Shown: one piece after another, positions 1 through 12,107 of the stretch | Layout: each line of letters begins with the position of its first letter | Numbering within the stretch: position 1 is the first letter of the stretch | DNA from: Paraspadella gotoi | Lineage: Eukaryota; Animalia; Chaetognatha | Assembly: GCA_051294375.1 (NCBI GenBank) | Contig: CM119264.1 | Span: 15,272,355 to 15,336,354 of the forward strand | Reading direction: 5' to 3' | Length of the DNA stretch: 64,000 bases | Translations under genes and position numbers: made by a program | Notes under the pieces: model-generated | What the model was told of the DNA's origin: nothing | The model's input: the letters and a program-made list of their open reading frames with translations, nothing else | Databases searched by the model: none

Positions 1-850
1 ACGAGTCTTCATCAGTAAGCAAATTTCAATAAACCAAAAATTTCAAACATTAGTTTGAGAGAGAGATAGAGAAAGAGAGAGAGTTTCCAACAAAGAATTG
101 AGTAAAGGATAGTGGTCAGATGTGAGGACAGGTGAAAGTAGGGAAAGAGAGAGTAAATGATTTTGAAATTGGTGAAAAGAGAGAGAGAGAGAGAGAAAGA
201 CACAGGGATCAATACATTAGGCAATGTACAACAGTGAAATTTTTTTAGAAAAACTAAATATTTAATAAGAGTAATAATAAATTAATTATTATCTGATGAT
301 TGTTAGTTTAATAGAAGGGAAACTGAAATAGAAGAATAAGTGATGAGGGATAGATAACTTAAAGATAAGTGAAATGGAAAGGCAAGAAAAGAGCTCAAAA
401 TGAGCTGCCCCCCCCGGCCAGGCAAATGTGGGACGTTAACGATGTCGTCGGGTCATTTTGAGCTCTTACCTTACCATTTCACTTATCTTTAACTTATCTA
501 TCCCTCATCACTTATTCTTCTATTTCAGTTTCCCTTCTATTAAACTAACAATCATCAGCTAATAATTAATTTATTATATTTAGTTTTTTTTTAAATTTTT
601 CACTGTTGTACATTGCCTAATGTATTGATCCCTTGTCTCTCTCTCTCTCTCTCTCTTTTCACCAATTTCAAAATCATTTACTCTCTCTTTCCCTACTTTC
701 ACCTGTCCTCACATCTGACCACTATCCCTTACTCAATTCTTTGTTGGAAACTCTCTCTCTCTCTCAAACTAATGTTTGAAATTTTTGGTTTATTGAAATT
801 TACTTCCTGATGAAAACTCGTACCACTAAGAGTCGAAATATGTTCAATAA
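1..850. mobile_element. Head-to-head inverted pair (~400-bp arms) of Penelope-like terminal repeats, each ending in a hammerhead core
   Basis: 1-405 is the reverse complement of ~452-821; CTGATGA..ACTC/GAGTC-GAAA at 807-842; related fragments at 3290-3470, 9019-9160, 12490-12950 and 19700-20200. Confidence 0.72.
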
Positions 851-898
851 TAAAAATAAAAATTGCTATTCCGACGATTTTTTCGTTTCATCTCTAAA

Positions 899-1622
899 TA
901 GGACTAAGCTCTGACGAAACCAAAGCCCGAGGTTTTTTTAATATATTCTTATGCCGGCCAAGGTAGAATGATGGCAATATTGTTAATATTAAGTTTCAAA
1001 AAAATCCAACCATAAATATAGAAAATATTAACCAAAATCTTTGGAAAATCCACCCCTTCTTTGGAAGATTTTCGCCATAGAAGATTTTTCCCGAATCTGA
1101 CTCCCGGTTGAAAACTCTTAGAATTCCGATCGTTAGCTCCTCTTTTACTTTTACTTTAAAAAAATTTCACCAAAATAGACTAATTCACTTTATCATGATC
1201 GTATCATATCAAAATAGCCAAATAAAATGTAAAGAAAAATTTTGAGAGCCCTTCAGACACTTTGCCAAAGGATTCCAAAAATTAGACCTCATTTGTTAAA
1301 CAGGAACATACCTCAGTCACGTTTATATCGTTTTCAAGGAAAAAAATCCCTTTCATTTCTATATAAAATCAGAGATGGAAAATTTTTCCATCGAGAAGCA
1401 GTCTATTTGTTCTGGCTTGTTTGATATCAAGATGATGATGATTTGACAAGAGAAAAAAAATGCGAGCCCTTCAGATGCAACAGGATCGGAATCAAGTGTT
1501 TTTACATCGATATTTTACCAGAATTTTTACCAGGAGCGTTTATATTGTTTGGTAGTCAGATTTGAACGAAAATCTCCATTGAAAAAGTCTTCCTCGATCT
1601 CTAAGAACGACGTAGACTCCTA
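899..1622 (-). mobile_element. Family B ~720-bp non-autonomous DNA transposon (TAGG...CCTA)
   Basis: Reverse complement of 52456-53177; flanks do not form a TSD in this copy. Confidence 0.8.
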
Positions 1623-3333
1623 TTGGCTCCACGTACGATCGACGTCTTTTAGACAACGAAATCTGAACTTCATTAATTACCATCTTTCTTGATCTCATTA
1701 GTTAGTATGAAGCTTACTTCATTTAAAAAAACGGTAGTCTCAAGTTATCTCCTTCTTATCACTTAGAACTTCCCAGGTAAATTTCTATGAGTTAAAAACA
1801 CGGTAAGACATGGTTTCTTCAATGATTGTTTATCTAATCTCATTAACTTCGTAATTTTAATATAAGTATGTTCGAATTTTTATGTTATAGATAATTTTTA
1901 AAGATCAAATTCCTCATAAGAATCTTCACGTCTTTTACTTACATAAAAGTTTTTAGGTAAGACGCCACATTATCTGATACAATTTTTTTTTCTTCATACG
2001 CTTTCCCTGATTCTTTTTCTTCACTTCTTTCTTCTCTTTCTTTATATTTTCCTCTTCCTCTTTCCTCCCTTACTTCTCAATCTGTCACTTACCATTTTTG
2101 GCCCCTACCTTTTTCTGCCATTCATGCACTTTCCTCACCTTTTTTTCTCCTTCTCTCTTTCCCTTTCTTTTCCCCTCTTTTTCTTTCCAATTTTCCCCTC
2201 ATTTCCTACCTTTTATTTGTCTCACTATTTTTTCCCCCCATTTGCCTATTTTGTTTTGCCTTTGGCCCCCTATTTCATTTTCTCCCCTTCTCCTTTTCTT
2301 GTTTCTTTCTTTCTCTTTTTCCTCTCACTACGTTTACATTGAGCCATATCAAAGAAAATCTTTAATATGCATTATAAGAAAGAATATTAACGGTAACGGA
2401 GGTTTTTATTTCAATTTTGGTTGCCTAGCAAATTTAGTAAATCGACAGATTTTGCGGAAAATCTTTCCGCAAAATCTGTCGATTCTGAGAAAAAACAAGT
2501 CCTGACGCTTTCCATTGGCTTAAAAGGATGCGGTTTTTTTTGTTTTATCAACGTCAGTAAGTACCCCATCTTTTAAAACTAATAAAAGAGGTGAAAATAT
2601 TTTCTTTATCATAAATAAATGCAAGTCACAAAAAGTCACAAATTAAAATTTGTCTTTAAAAATTATTTGTGGCTAAACGAAAAGAGTTTTTTTGATAATT
2701 TTGTAGGTGTTAAAAGCTTATTCTGTGGACTGTATTTTCTGTTAGTTTAAGCCAATTTAAACTATTTTGTTTAATAAATTATATAAAAAAACTAAAACTG
2801 CGACTTTTTGACTTGTCAACTTTAAAATTAATTCATAAGTGAACTATGAATGCTATAAGGAAAATATTTTACTCAAGGGTGAAGAAGATCAGGAAGAAAG
2901 GAATTCCAAAATAAACAAATTTTCTCAACTTTCCTTGGCATTCAAATTTGAAGACGAAAGTGAAAATGGACAAAAATGGACATAGATTTTTTTTTCTAAA
3001 AGTTGCAAAAATGTTACTCTTATATGATTAGAAATAGCTGGAGATGGTTTTAACCAATCAGTATTTTGGCCTAATTTATATTATGGTGCAAATTAAATTA
3101 ATTTTGTTAATAGTAACTGAACAATACTGGAAAAAGTAGTTTTTTCTCTGAATGCGAGGATCGTAAGCAGAGGCTATTCTAAACTATTTTAAATAGCAAA
3201 AAAGAAAGTCAAAATACATTTTTATTCCAAAATTATGTTATTAAGTTGGTCAAAATTCAGGAAAATTATAATTTTAAGCCAAAAATTAACAAAGTCTGAT
3301 TTTATTTTTGCAACGTATTTTATTTTTACAAGA

Positions 3334-3374
3334 GCAGACATGTTTCGGCTCACAATACGAGCCTTCATCAGCGC
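3334..3374 (-). ncRNA. Minimal type I hammerhead ribozyme (Penelope-type)
   Basis: GCG-CTGATGA-A-GGCTC-gtattgt-GAGCC-GAAA-CATG-TC^TGC; palindromic helix III ACATGT. Confidence 0.75.
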
Positions 3375-4302
3375 ATATGAGTTGTGAACTTGATACAAGT
3401 TTTTAGTTAAAGAAAGAGAGAGAGAGGGTTAAAGGTTTCCAACAAAGAATTGAGTAAGTGGCTATATATTATGTAAGCTAAATATGGCTTTTATAAAATT
3501 TTAATAATTTGAGTTGCTTTTACTCTTTTATGTTTGTTCCACTTGAATAGTACCTTATATGCTGCAAAAATCGCCATTTTCGACAAAGAAGATGAAACTG
3601 TACAGAAAAATGGTTATCAACATCGAATTCTACAGACTTCATTACACTAAAATAGCTATGTACCTTTTTTTTTTACCTATTTTTAAGCGCAAGGGAGCCG
3701 GCCAAACGCCTACGATCCCAATCCGCAAGATGGAGTCATTCCGGTGCCGGTACCTTACGGACGTCAAGCTCCCTTTAAACCCCAACAGGGTGGGAGCCAT
3801 TTGAAACGTTTTCGAAAACCAATCGCTCAATCCATTGAATTTTGAACGTTGATTTTTTAAACATGGTCAATTTATCATTATTTTGATTTGTTGTTCTTAT
3901 CATAACTATTAAACTTTTTTTTTGCACACATGTGCATTCGAGTTTATTTAATATATATGGTAGAAAATTCAAGCAAATTTTGATGAGGTTTTCAGGGGAG
4001 TTATATTTTTCGCACTATGAAAATGGCAGATTACCGCTTAATTACCGTAGGCAGATCCAACATTGTTTGCTCAAACTTGTTCAATAATCTTTAATATTAA
4101 AACTAAACAAATATTAAAGATTTGACTTACTTGTAAATCTTCTGGTAGAATCCTCTAGCTTGATTATAGCTTGTCTTTACTTGTTTTTAAACTTGATTTT
4201 TTAACACTCAATTTTTGTTTGTTTCGATTTTATGATCTAACTAAATTTTATATTTATATTGATTAAATATTTACACTTGTTTTTTCTCTCATCTTAATCC
4301 TT

Positions 4303-5200
4303 TTTATCGAGCCATGACCGGCGAAGCCGGTTCAGGCTTGATTTTGTTTCGGGTCAGCTTCTTTTGTGACGTCGTCGTCGTCCGTCACGCTTTTTGTATA
4401 AAAACTACTACGCTTTTATAGGTTTGGCTGTGACTTACCGGTTTTTTTTAAATAAAAATTATTATGAATTATGATAAAGTTTTACAAAAGTGTGCGATCA
4501 TAGTAAGTTAAAAATTTAGATATGGCTTTTCATCTTGAAATAGCTGTGATATTTTTATATTACATTTGGATTTAAGTATTTTTTGTTTGAATTTCCACTT
4601 CATTATGATTTACTGCAATATGCAAATGAGATTAAAGTACTCATTATAATATCCAAATTAGTATATAGAAATGCTTTAATCTAATTTACATATTGCAGTA
4701 TATAATATTGAAGATGAAATTCAAAAATTTTTATAAAAAAATATAATAAAAATGGGAACTCAAAATATCTTTTTAATGAAAAGCTATATCTTAATTTTAA
4801 TACAAATAAAAATAAAATCTTTTACAAGCTGCGATTGGAAAAAATTGGAAAAATTTCTAATTGTAAACAATTGTAACATATTTTTGCCTTTCTTTTATTT
4901 CTTTAAATTATATATATATTTTTTTTTTTTAGAAAAAACGAGTTCAGTCTCTGCAGTGACTGTACAGCGGCCTTCCAGCAGCTGTCCAGCTTTTTTCTCT
5001 CTGTCTGTCTCTCTCTCTCTGTGTGTACGATTTCTTGCGTGATCGTTCGTTTTTTGAAAAATTCTGATTATTTTTTCCTTCTAAAAACTTTTATTATCAC
5101 CATTATCCCAAATTTACATCCAAGATTTTTGTGGATTTATTTTAGAAAAAGTGAAGAATAACTCATATGTCAGAAATTTTACGCTTCTCTCCATCTCTCT
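4303..5200 (+). mobile_element. Helentron/HINE-like non-autonomous repeat; inverted copy at 49230-50066
   Basis: T-run start, subterminal hairpin CCGGCGAAGCCGG, (CGT)n microsatellite; long reverse-complement match to the 49-50 kb copy. Confidence 0.55.
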
Positions 5201-6126
5201 CCGTCTCTAACATGATTGTTATTAAAGAAAAAATATATAATAAGCAAATAGCATATTTAATACAGATTTACATTGCCAGAAGAAATCTTTTCATACTCTG
5301 TCCAATGTTGTTGATCGAAAAACCTTTCACAATTTGAATATGCCGGATTGTATGCTATATGCCGATCATTTTTTTACTGCCTATTTTTGCCGGTTTATGG
5401 TTTAACTACCAAACAATGTATCTAGTTATCAAGTTCCATTAGTGAGGCAGTGATGAAGTTGAAATGTATGTCCATTTTCTTTGTTTCATATCGATTCAAG
5501 TATTTTTTGTTTGAATTTCCACTTCATTATAATTTACTGCAATATGCTAATTAGATTATAGTACTTACTGCAATATCAAATTAGTATATAGTAAACTATA
5601 TTTAATTTGCATAATGCAGTAAATCATAATAAAGTAGAAATTCAAACAAAAAATACTTGAATCAATATGAAACATGTGATTTTAAAAGTACTTGATGATG
5701 ATGATGATGATGATTATTACAAATAAAAATATACACTTTTACAATGTTCAATTGAAAAAATTTTAACAATTTTCAATTGTAAACAATTGTAACTTTTTTT
5801 GTCTTTCTTTTATTTTTGGAAAAAGTTTTAATTAGCAAACTTATAAGGCAATGAAATTTAATTCTATACAAAACCTCGTGCGATTCACGACAAACACTCT
5901 GGCGTCCACGATGAAATCATTTGAAAAGGAAAATTTTTTCTTAAAAACGAGAGAAAATGATAATTTTAGAGTCTTCATCAGCATCTATTATTTCTTTAAA
6001 TTATATCTCTTTCTTTTTTTTGTTTGAATTTCTTTCTAATTATTTTTTTAGTCACTTTTTTTTTCACCACCGTCACTTGGCGACGAGTAAACGAGTTCCG
6101 CCTATGCAGCGTCTGTTCAGCTTCTT

Positions 6127-6157
<31 letters not shown>

Positions 6158-8695
6158 TTCTCTCTTTACGATCTCTTGCGTGATCGTTCGTTTTTTGAAA
6201 AATTCTGATTATTTTTTCCTTTAAAAACTTTTATTATCGCCATTTATTCCGCGCTTTTTTTTTTCAATACAAAATCCCAAATTTATATCTGAGATTTTCG
6301 TGGATTTTTTTGAGAAAATGTGAAGAATAACTTACTTGACCTGGATTTCGTGGCCGTTGCAGGGCAACGAGTAGACAATGTCAAGGAACATGACCTAAAA
6401 ACGCGTTTTGATGGCAATGGAAACGTTACGTGTATAATAGGATTAACTTGACCGAGATCACGCCGCCGTTGCGAGGCAACGGATAACTGATATAATTGGA
6501 AAGAAATACGGTTTTTCTTTTTATTTTTCTCTCTCTCTCTCTCTGATTATTTTTTTCCTTCTAAAAACTTTTATTATCACCATTTATTCCGCGCTTTTTT
6601 CTCTTTACCTGGATTTCGTGGCCGTTGCGAGGCAACGAGTAAACAATGTCAAGGAACATGACCTAATAACGCGATATTATTATTATTATTTGGAAGTCAA
6701 AAATATCATAGTCGTTAACTGAATATTTTCAACTATATATTTTGTTAATAGGGATTATAATTTTTCAATGTACAAAAAATTTCTTATATGGCTTCTTTTT
6801 CTCTCTCTCTCTCTCCCCCTCTCTTTTTTTTCCTTTTAAATACTTTTATTATCGCCATTTATTCCGCGCTTTTTTCTCAATACAAAATCCCAAATTTACA
6901 TCCGAGATTTTCGTGGATTTTTTTCCTAAAAATTCTGATTATTCTTTATATAAACGAGAGAGACCTAATAATGCGTTTTGTTGGCGGGAAAACTGTCCAG
7001 CCTCTTTCTCTCTCTTTCACTCATACACGCATTTGTTTGTTTTATTTATGATGAATGATTCATCGCGTCAATGAATTACTATCATCACATCAATGAATGA
7101 TTATCATCATATCAATGAATGATTATCATCATATCAATGAATGACTATCATCGCATCAATCATTTGATTATCATCACATCAGTCATTTTGTTATCATCGC
7201 ATCAATTATTGGTTATCATCGCGTCAATATTTGGTTATCATCGCATCAATATTTGGTTATCATCGCATCAATATTTGGTTACCATCGAAAGCGGCTCGAT
7301 CCTTATGCTTTTAAGATTTTTTTGCAAGGAACGGTAAATTTTAACAAGTTTTATGGCTTTTTCTGGCCCAAATCTATTTCTTATTTTGGACCAAACAAAC
7401 CCAAATGTAGAAAACCATCGTTCTATGGAGGCTGAGCTGGCACGGCATGTATGAAGAGAAACCATAAAGGTACCGAAGGCATGCAGGCCATTATTTTCAT
7501 CATGTCAGAAATATTCACTGTTTTTTCTTTCATGATTTTCCACCAATCTGCTAAGAGTAGGCAGAAACATATGCTGAGCCTGAGGAAAGTATTCTCTTTT
7601 CTTTAGCTTATAGCTAAAATAATGTTGCAAGAAATCTTCATTTCTTTCAACGAGCCATGATTCTGCGCTATTTACCTGCGAAGAATCTAATTCTGAAAAT
7701 TTTTTTTTATAACGATGATATGTCAGATTAGCTAAAAAATGGAAAGGTTCTGTTGCTTTTTCTAATCTTTTTCAAATCGCTATCCGATAGGGGAGAAGAA
7801 TGTCATCATTGAGAAGGCCCAACCAGATGCTTATTGAATCAGAAAGAAGACAAGAATCATTATGAATTCTATCCAAAGCAATACTGAACATTTTCATCTG
7901 ATCAAGCAAATGGGTCGCTTCACGGGTGATGCTGATATTTTTAATTATTTTTCCAATATTTGGCGGCATATCTTGCATTATTTAACTTCGGATTTCTAAA
8001 TATAAAGAATGGTTTTTTATGAAATTGGTACAACTAGAGTTCCGATAACCGTTAATAGTTAACGGTTATTAACGGTTAAAATTGATTTTAACTTAACCGT
8101 TAATATATTTATTTTAACGGTTAAATTCGGTTAATTTTCAAGTATGATTATTGTTATTTTTTGTTATGAAAACTTTGATTTTTTTAAGAGAAAAGTTTTT
8201 TTCCTGTCCTCTCTTATTCTCCTCTCCCTTTCTCACTATATTTTTCCCCTTCTCTCTCTTCTATATTTTTCCCTTTTTTTTTTTTGGTTATTTTCAACCC
8301 TTTTAATCTTTTTTCTATCCTAATCTCTAATCATTTTTTCTGCCCTTCCAGTATTTTTTTTACCTACTTTCTCCTAATTGTTTTAGTTTTTCCTTTCAGC
8401 TAATTTTATACATTTACATCAAAGAATATTTTGAAATATGATATGCATCTGTATATATTTTCTTGCAAATAAAATTCTTACATGCAATAATATTCTATTT
8501 TACTTTTTCTTTCCCTTTTTAAAATGAACAAAGTAAATAAAATAAAACCGAATGAATGAAAAAATTTTAAAAAACTAAAAAAAAAATTATTAGAAAACAT
8601 TTAAAAAATGGAACAATAGAAGGAATAAATCTTTGAAAAGACATTAGGGCTAACTTAAACTATCTTTCAATGATTATATAATATAAAATTGAAAC

Positions 8696-8929
8696 TGAAG
8701 AGACAGTAATTAATGTTATGTGTCAGTGACAAAACCGTTCAATATAAGCAGTCCCTGAGCTTCGGATCAGGCTGTAACACCATGTTACAGGCGGGTTAAG
8801 CGCCCCGTCCCTCTTAACTGCTAGGCGGCCACCGAGCTAAAACCCCGGACCTTTGGGTTGGGAGGCGAATGACTTGCCTCTGGCACCAATGGCCGCTGAT
8901 GAACGGTTGGAGGATTTTAGTCAACCATA
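8696..8929 (-). mobile_element. Solo LTR, family D (TA...CA): 72-nt tRNA-like module (8825-8896) followed by a twister
   Basis: TSD AAAC (8692-95 / 8930-33); acceptor-like stem GCGGCCA/TGGCCGC. Confidence 0.85.
8747..8822 (-). ncRNA. Twister ribozyme, family D (U8798^A8797)
   Basis: AGCAGT(P5)-GAGG-GA-CGG-GGCGCT-TAA-CCC-GCC-TGTAAC/GTTACA(P3)-G-CCTGA-TCCGAAGC-TCAGG-GACTGCT(P5). Confidence 0.8.
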
Positions 8930-10289
8930 AAACAAATATTTATTAATTAATAACTCTTATGATCAATCGATCATTCAACCATTCAATTAATAAATTGATA
9001 TTCATAATTAAAAGAAAAAGTTTATTTGTTTATAAACAACGGGTTTTTATACCAAAAAACGGACATGTTTCGACTTTTCCGAATCTACATCAGCCCGTGA
9101 GAGTCGAAACATGTCCGTTTTTTTTAAAATAAAAGCCGTTGTTTGTAAACAAATAAACTTTGCTTTCACTTATCTATAAAAGCAACGAAAAGAAAGTCTT
9201 AACACAATATTCATAATTATATTTATGGTCATGGTTTATGAAAGACTAACAACAGAAAACATGCTTTCAAGAAACTAACAACTATAAAAATAATGAGGAA
9301 GAGAAATAGAAAAAGCGAAAGCGAAAGTAAGAAAGAGAACAAAATATACAAAATTATGATTACATTGTGCTTTTTCTTTCATTATCTTTTTTCATATTTT
9401 AATTATGATATGAGTCAAAAGAAAGATTTATTATAATGCTATATTTGATTAGCTGATGGGTAGATTCAAGATAGTTTTCTCAAACCAATTTTCTCATTTA
9501 TCAACTATAATGTGTACCTCATCTATCTGAAATAGAAGATAAAGACGATTCAGGAGCCGGAGTTAAGGAGAAAATACCATTAAATACTTTAATTAGTTTT
9601 AAATATTAATATTTTAAATTTAAAGTTAAATTATAAAATTAACCGATTTTAACGGTTAACCGTTAAAAACGTTAGTTTTAACGGTTAAGCGAAGTTCCTT
9701 TAAAATTAACGGTTAACGGAACCCTAGGTACAACCAATATATAAGTTTCGGAGCACATTATTTCTGAATTCCATCTTGTTTAATTTGGAATTTGGGGCTT
9801 CAAACCACCTTTTTTTTAAAAAAGACCATGAGCCATATGTACATTTCTGAAATATTTTTGAACCTCAACGATTTTTTCATGATAACATTTACAGTTCATG
9901 TTATGTGCAGCACATCCCTATGTCAGCATTCCTGGATACTTGTCCTTCAAAAAATCCCTCATTTTAACCATTTTTGCTTCTTAATCTGTTACAAAGTTAC
10001 TAACAGTAACACAGAAAATATTTTTATACAGATCTGTTAAAAAAGTTTAAACTTTGAACCCCCTACTATCTCGCTTGTCTGTCGTCCTATTAATTAAAAT
10101 TTGGGTTCATTTGAAAGCCAAGACAAATATCTTTTATCCGAGCCAATGACGAGGTTTTTAGGCTAAATATTATAGAAGCTGTGCTAAAATAAAAAACAGG
10201 ATCGAAATTTTGTTTTACAATTTTTTTTTTATTGCGGAAAAAAAAAAACAGCTGATCCCCAAAAGGAAAGCTGCAATAGTTGAGCTTTG

Positions 10290-11460
10290 GAAGGGGGGGT
10301 TTGTCAGGATATAGGATCGCCAAACAGTTTTATTTCCCTTTCACAACCATCTGCAAAGTTGTCAACAAATTTGAAGCAACAGGACACCTTGGACGAGCTG
10401 TTGGAAGCAGGCGGCCTTGCATGTCCACTAAGGCGGGCCAAAATTGATCACTTTTTATAATTAAGAGTTCTGTAATATAAAATTTATTTGTCCATCATAT
10501 ACTTAATCAATATTTAATATCACTTTTTTAACTAGCGAAGCACATTATAACATTAAAGCATTTAAATATTTATCAATGCATAAGCAATTCAATTTTTTTT
10601 TCTAAAAATTTTATTTTTAAGAACGGATTCGGATAGCCCAAAGTATAATGCGTTTTTTAATATTTTGATGATCAGTGGGTCAAATAATGGAAAAACTCTT
10701 GAAAATCATCATCGTCGTACTATAATTTTTATAGTTTTTGCTAATTTTAAGCAACAAAACAAAAGCAATTTGAAATCTTGTAGTAATATTTTTTATTTAT
10801 TTTTTTAATCTCTACCCAAATCCGTTTTTAAAAATTCTGCTTTTGAAAAAAAAATTTTTCAAGATTTATAGTAATACGATAAATTCTTCTATATTATTAA
10901 CTATGTATAAAATCTTAATTTTTTTTTAATTTCGTCATCCCACGGGGATACTCTAACGTTATTTATATTACAGAACTCTTAGTTTTTACTTTATTCCGCC
11001 CTATTGTCCACGGAGAGTGAGAACGATGACGTGGATACTGGATAGTGGATATTCTCGCAATTCAAGATTGTAAGGCTTCTGCAAGCCAGTTGGGAAAAAA
11101 ATGGAGAGAAGAGGAAGTGTTGCCAGTCGTTCAACAATGAATGGGCGGTTTTTCATGGAGGATAGAGCTCTTGAATACAAAGCTAAAACCACTCAAAAAT
11201 GTCATGAAGAAAATGGGATCGAGGTGCTCAAAGTTGGCCCGGAAACTCACCAGACTGCAACTTCATCGAAAATGTTTGGTCAAGGATGAAAAGGGATATT
11301 TTGCAGTATAACGCCATGACAGTCAACAAAATCTAAAAAAAATTTAAAATGAATTTGGGGAGCTGAACCCTTCATATTTGTGCAGCCCCTACAACTCTCT
11401 CCCTCATTGCAGGGAGGTGGTGCTGGAAGCAAATAGTGGTCTGACAACGTATTAACTGAG
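10290..11460 (+). pseudogene. Tc1/mariner transposase relic, with an inserted TIR element (~10462-10981)
   Basis: TICKVVNKFEATG...GSRRP (HTH) and FMEDRA...WPGNSPDCNFIENV (DDE); inner IR AAGAGTTCTGTAATATAAA. Confidence 0.75.
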
Positions 11461-11890
11461 TCCTAAAAAGTACTACTTTCCTTCAAATAACGAAATAAAA
11501 TGCTTGGTTCTGATAATATATCCAGAAGTTAATAAGAATGATAATTTTATTCACAAAAGGTTTACCCAGAGCCTTATAACTTTTATTGATACTTTACAAT
11601 ATAAAAAAAATCTACATCTACAGCATCAATATTTTTAATACCACTCTTTTTTTAACATATGAATTAAGATTCATCCTTGAATCTATCCTTATGAAAATTA
11701 TGCAATAACCATTTGACTTAAGGCAGATATTTCTTATAATAACGGTTTAACTCAAAAGGTAATAAAAAAGAACTGAAAATGAGTATAAATGAGAAGTATT
11801 TTCTTTTGCATGGAACTTGTATTTTTTGTCATATATAAATGAGACAGCTCATATGAATTACAAGAGGCTAAAGTTTTTCGATATCTAAAT

Positions 11891-11896
11891 TTTATT
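11891..11896 (-). promoter_or_regulatory. Candidate polyadenylation signal AATAAA of IGHMBP2
   Basis: About 105 nt downstream of the stop codon; the AT-rich context makes this weak. Confidence 0.4.
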
Positions 11897-11999
11897 TATC
11901 AAATCTTACATGAAAATGCCGAAAAATAGCTGGAAAGTAATCGCGACAAATTTTTTTATCATGGTAGTTTTAACACAGACAAATTATTATTTCCATGCT

Positions 12000-12107
12000 T
12001 TATTTTCTTTCAGCGACTTTAGGTTTTCTCGATTGTTCCATATCATTTAAACGCGCTTCCAACTTTCGATGAATGTGCACTCGTTCTGTCGGATCCATTT
12101 CTTTGTC
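12000..12107 (-). CDS. IGHMBP2: IGHMBP2 last coding exon (DKEMDPTERVHIHRKLEARLNDMEQSRKPKVAERK*)
   Basis: ctaacag|GAC, phase 0, TAA at 12002-12000; resembles the C-terminal helix of metazoan IGHMBP2 (DPxxRxxLxRxL). Confidence 0.85.
   Translation of the reverse strand, partial: DKEMDPTERVHIHRKLEARLNDMEQSRKPKVAERK

Larger units (their letters stand above)
8035..9726. mobile_element. hAT-type MITE
   Basis: TIR TAGRGTTCCGWTAACCGTTAA; 8-bp TSD GGTACAAC; subterminal TAACCGTT/AACGGTTA repeats. Confidence 0.9.
7325..10040 (-). pseudogene. hAT transposase relic, split by a MITE
   Basis: KPQIPNxTRWNS (~9770-9805), DWWK, and the SSASIERWFSTFGFVWSKIRNR dimerisation motif (7330-7440); stops and frameshifts. 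Confidence 0.8.

Noticed and set aside
3690-3800. GC-rich island tested as an HDV-like or twister ribozyme
   Set aside because: A GGGAGC/GCTCCC stem exists, but there is no HDV P3/L3 and no GA-NNN...TAA partner for the AAGC loop.
12-7465. Short F/L/S-rich ORFs in the ORF track
   Set aside because: They arise from (CT)n and T-rich low-complexity repeats; only 7268-7465 (hAT remnant) has recognisable motifs.
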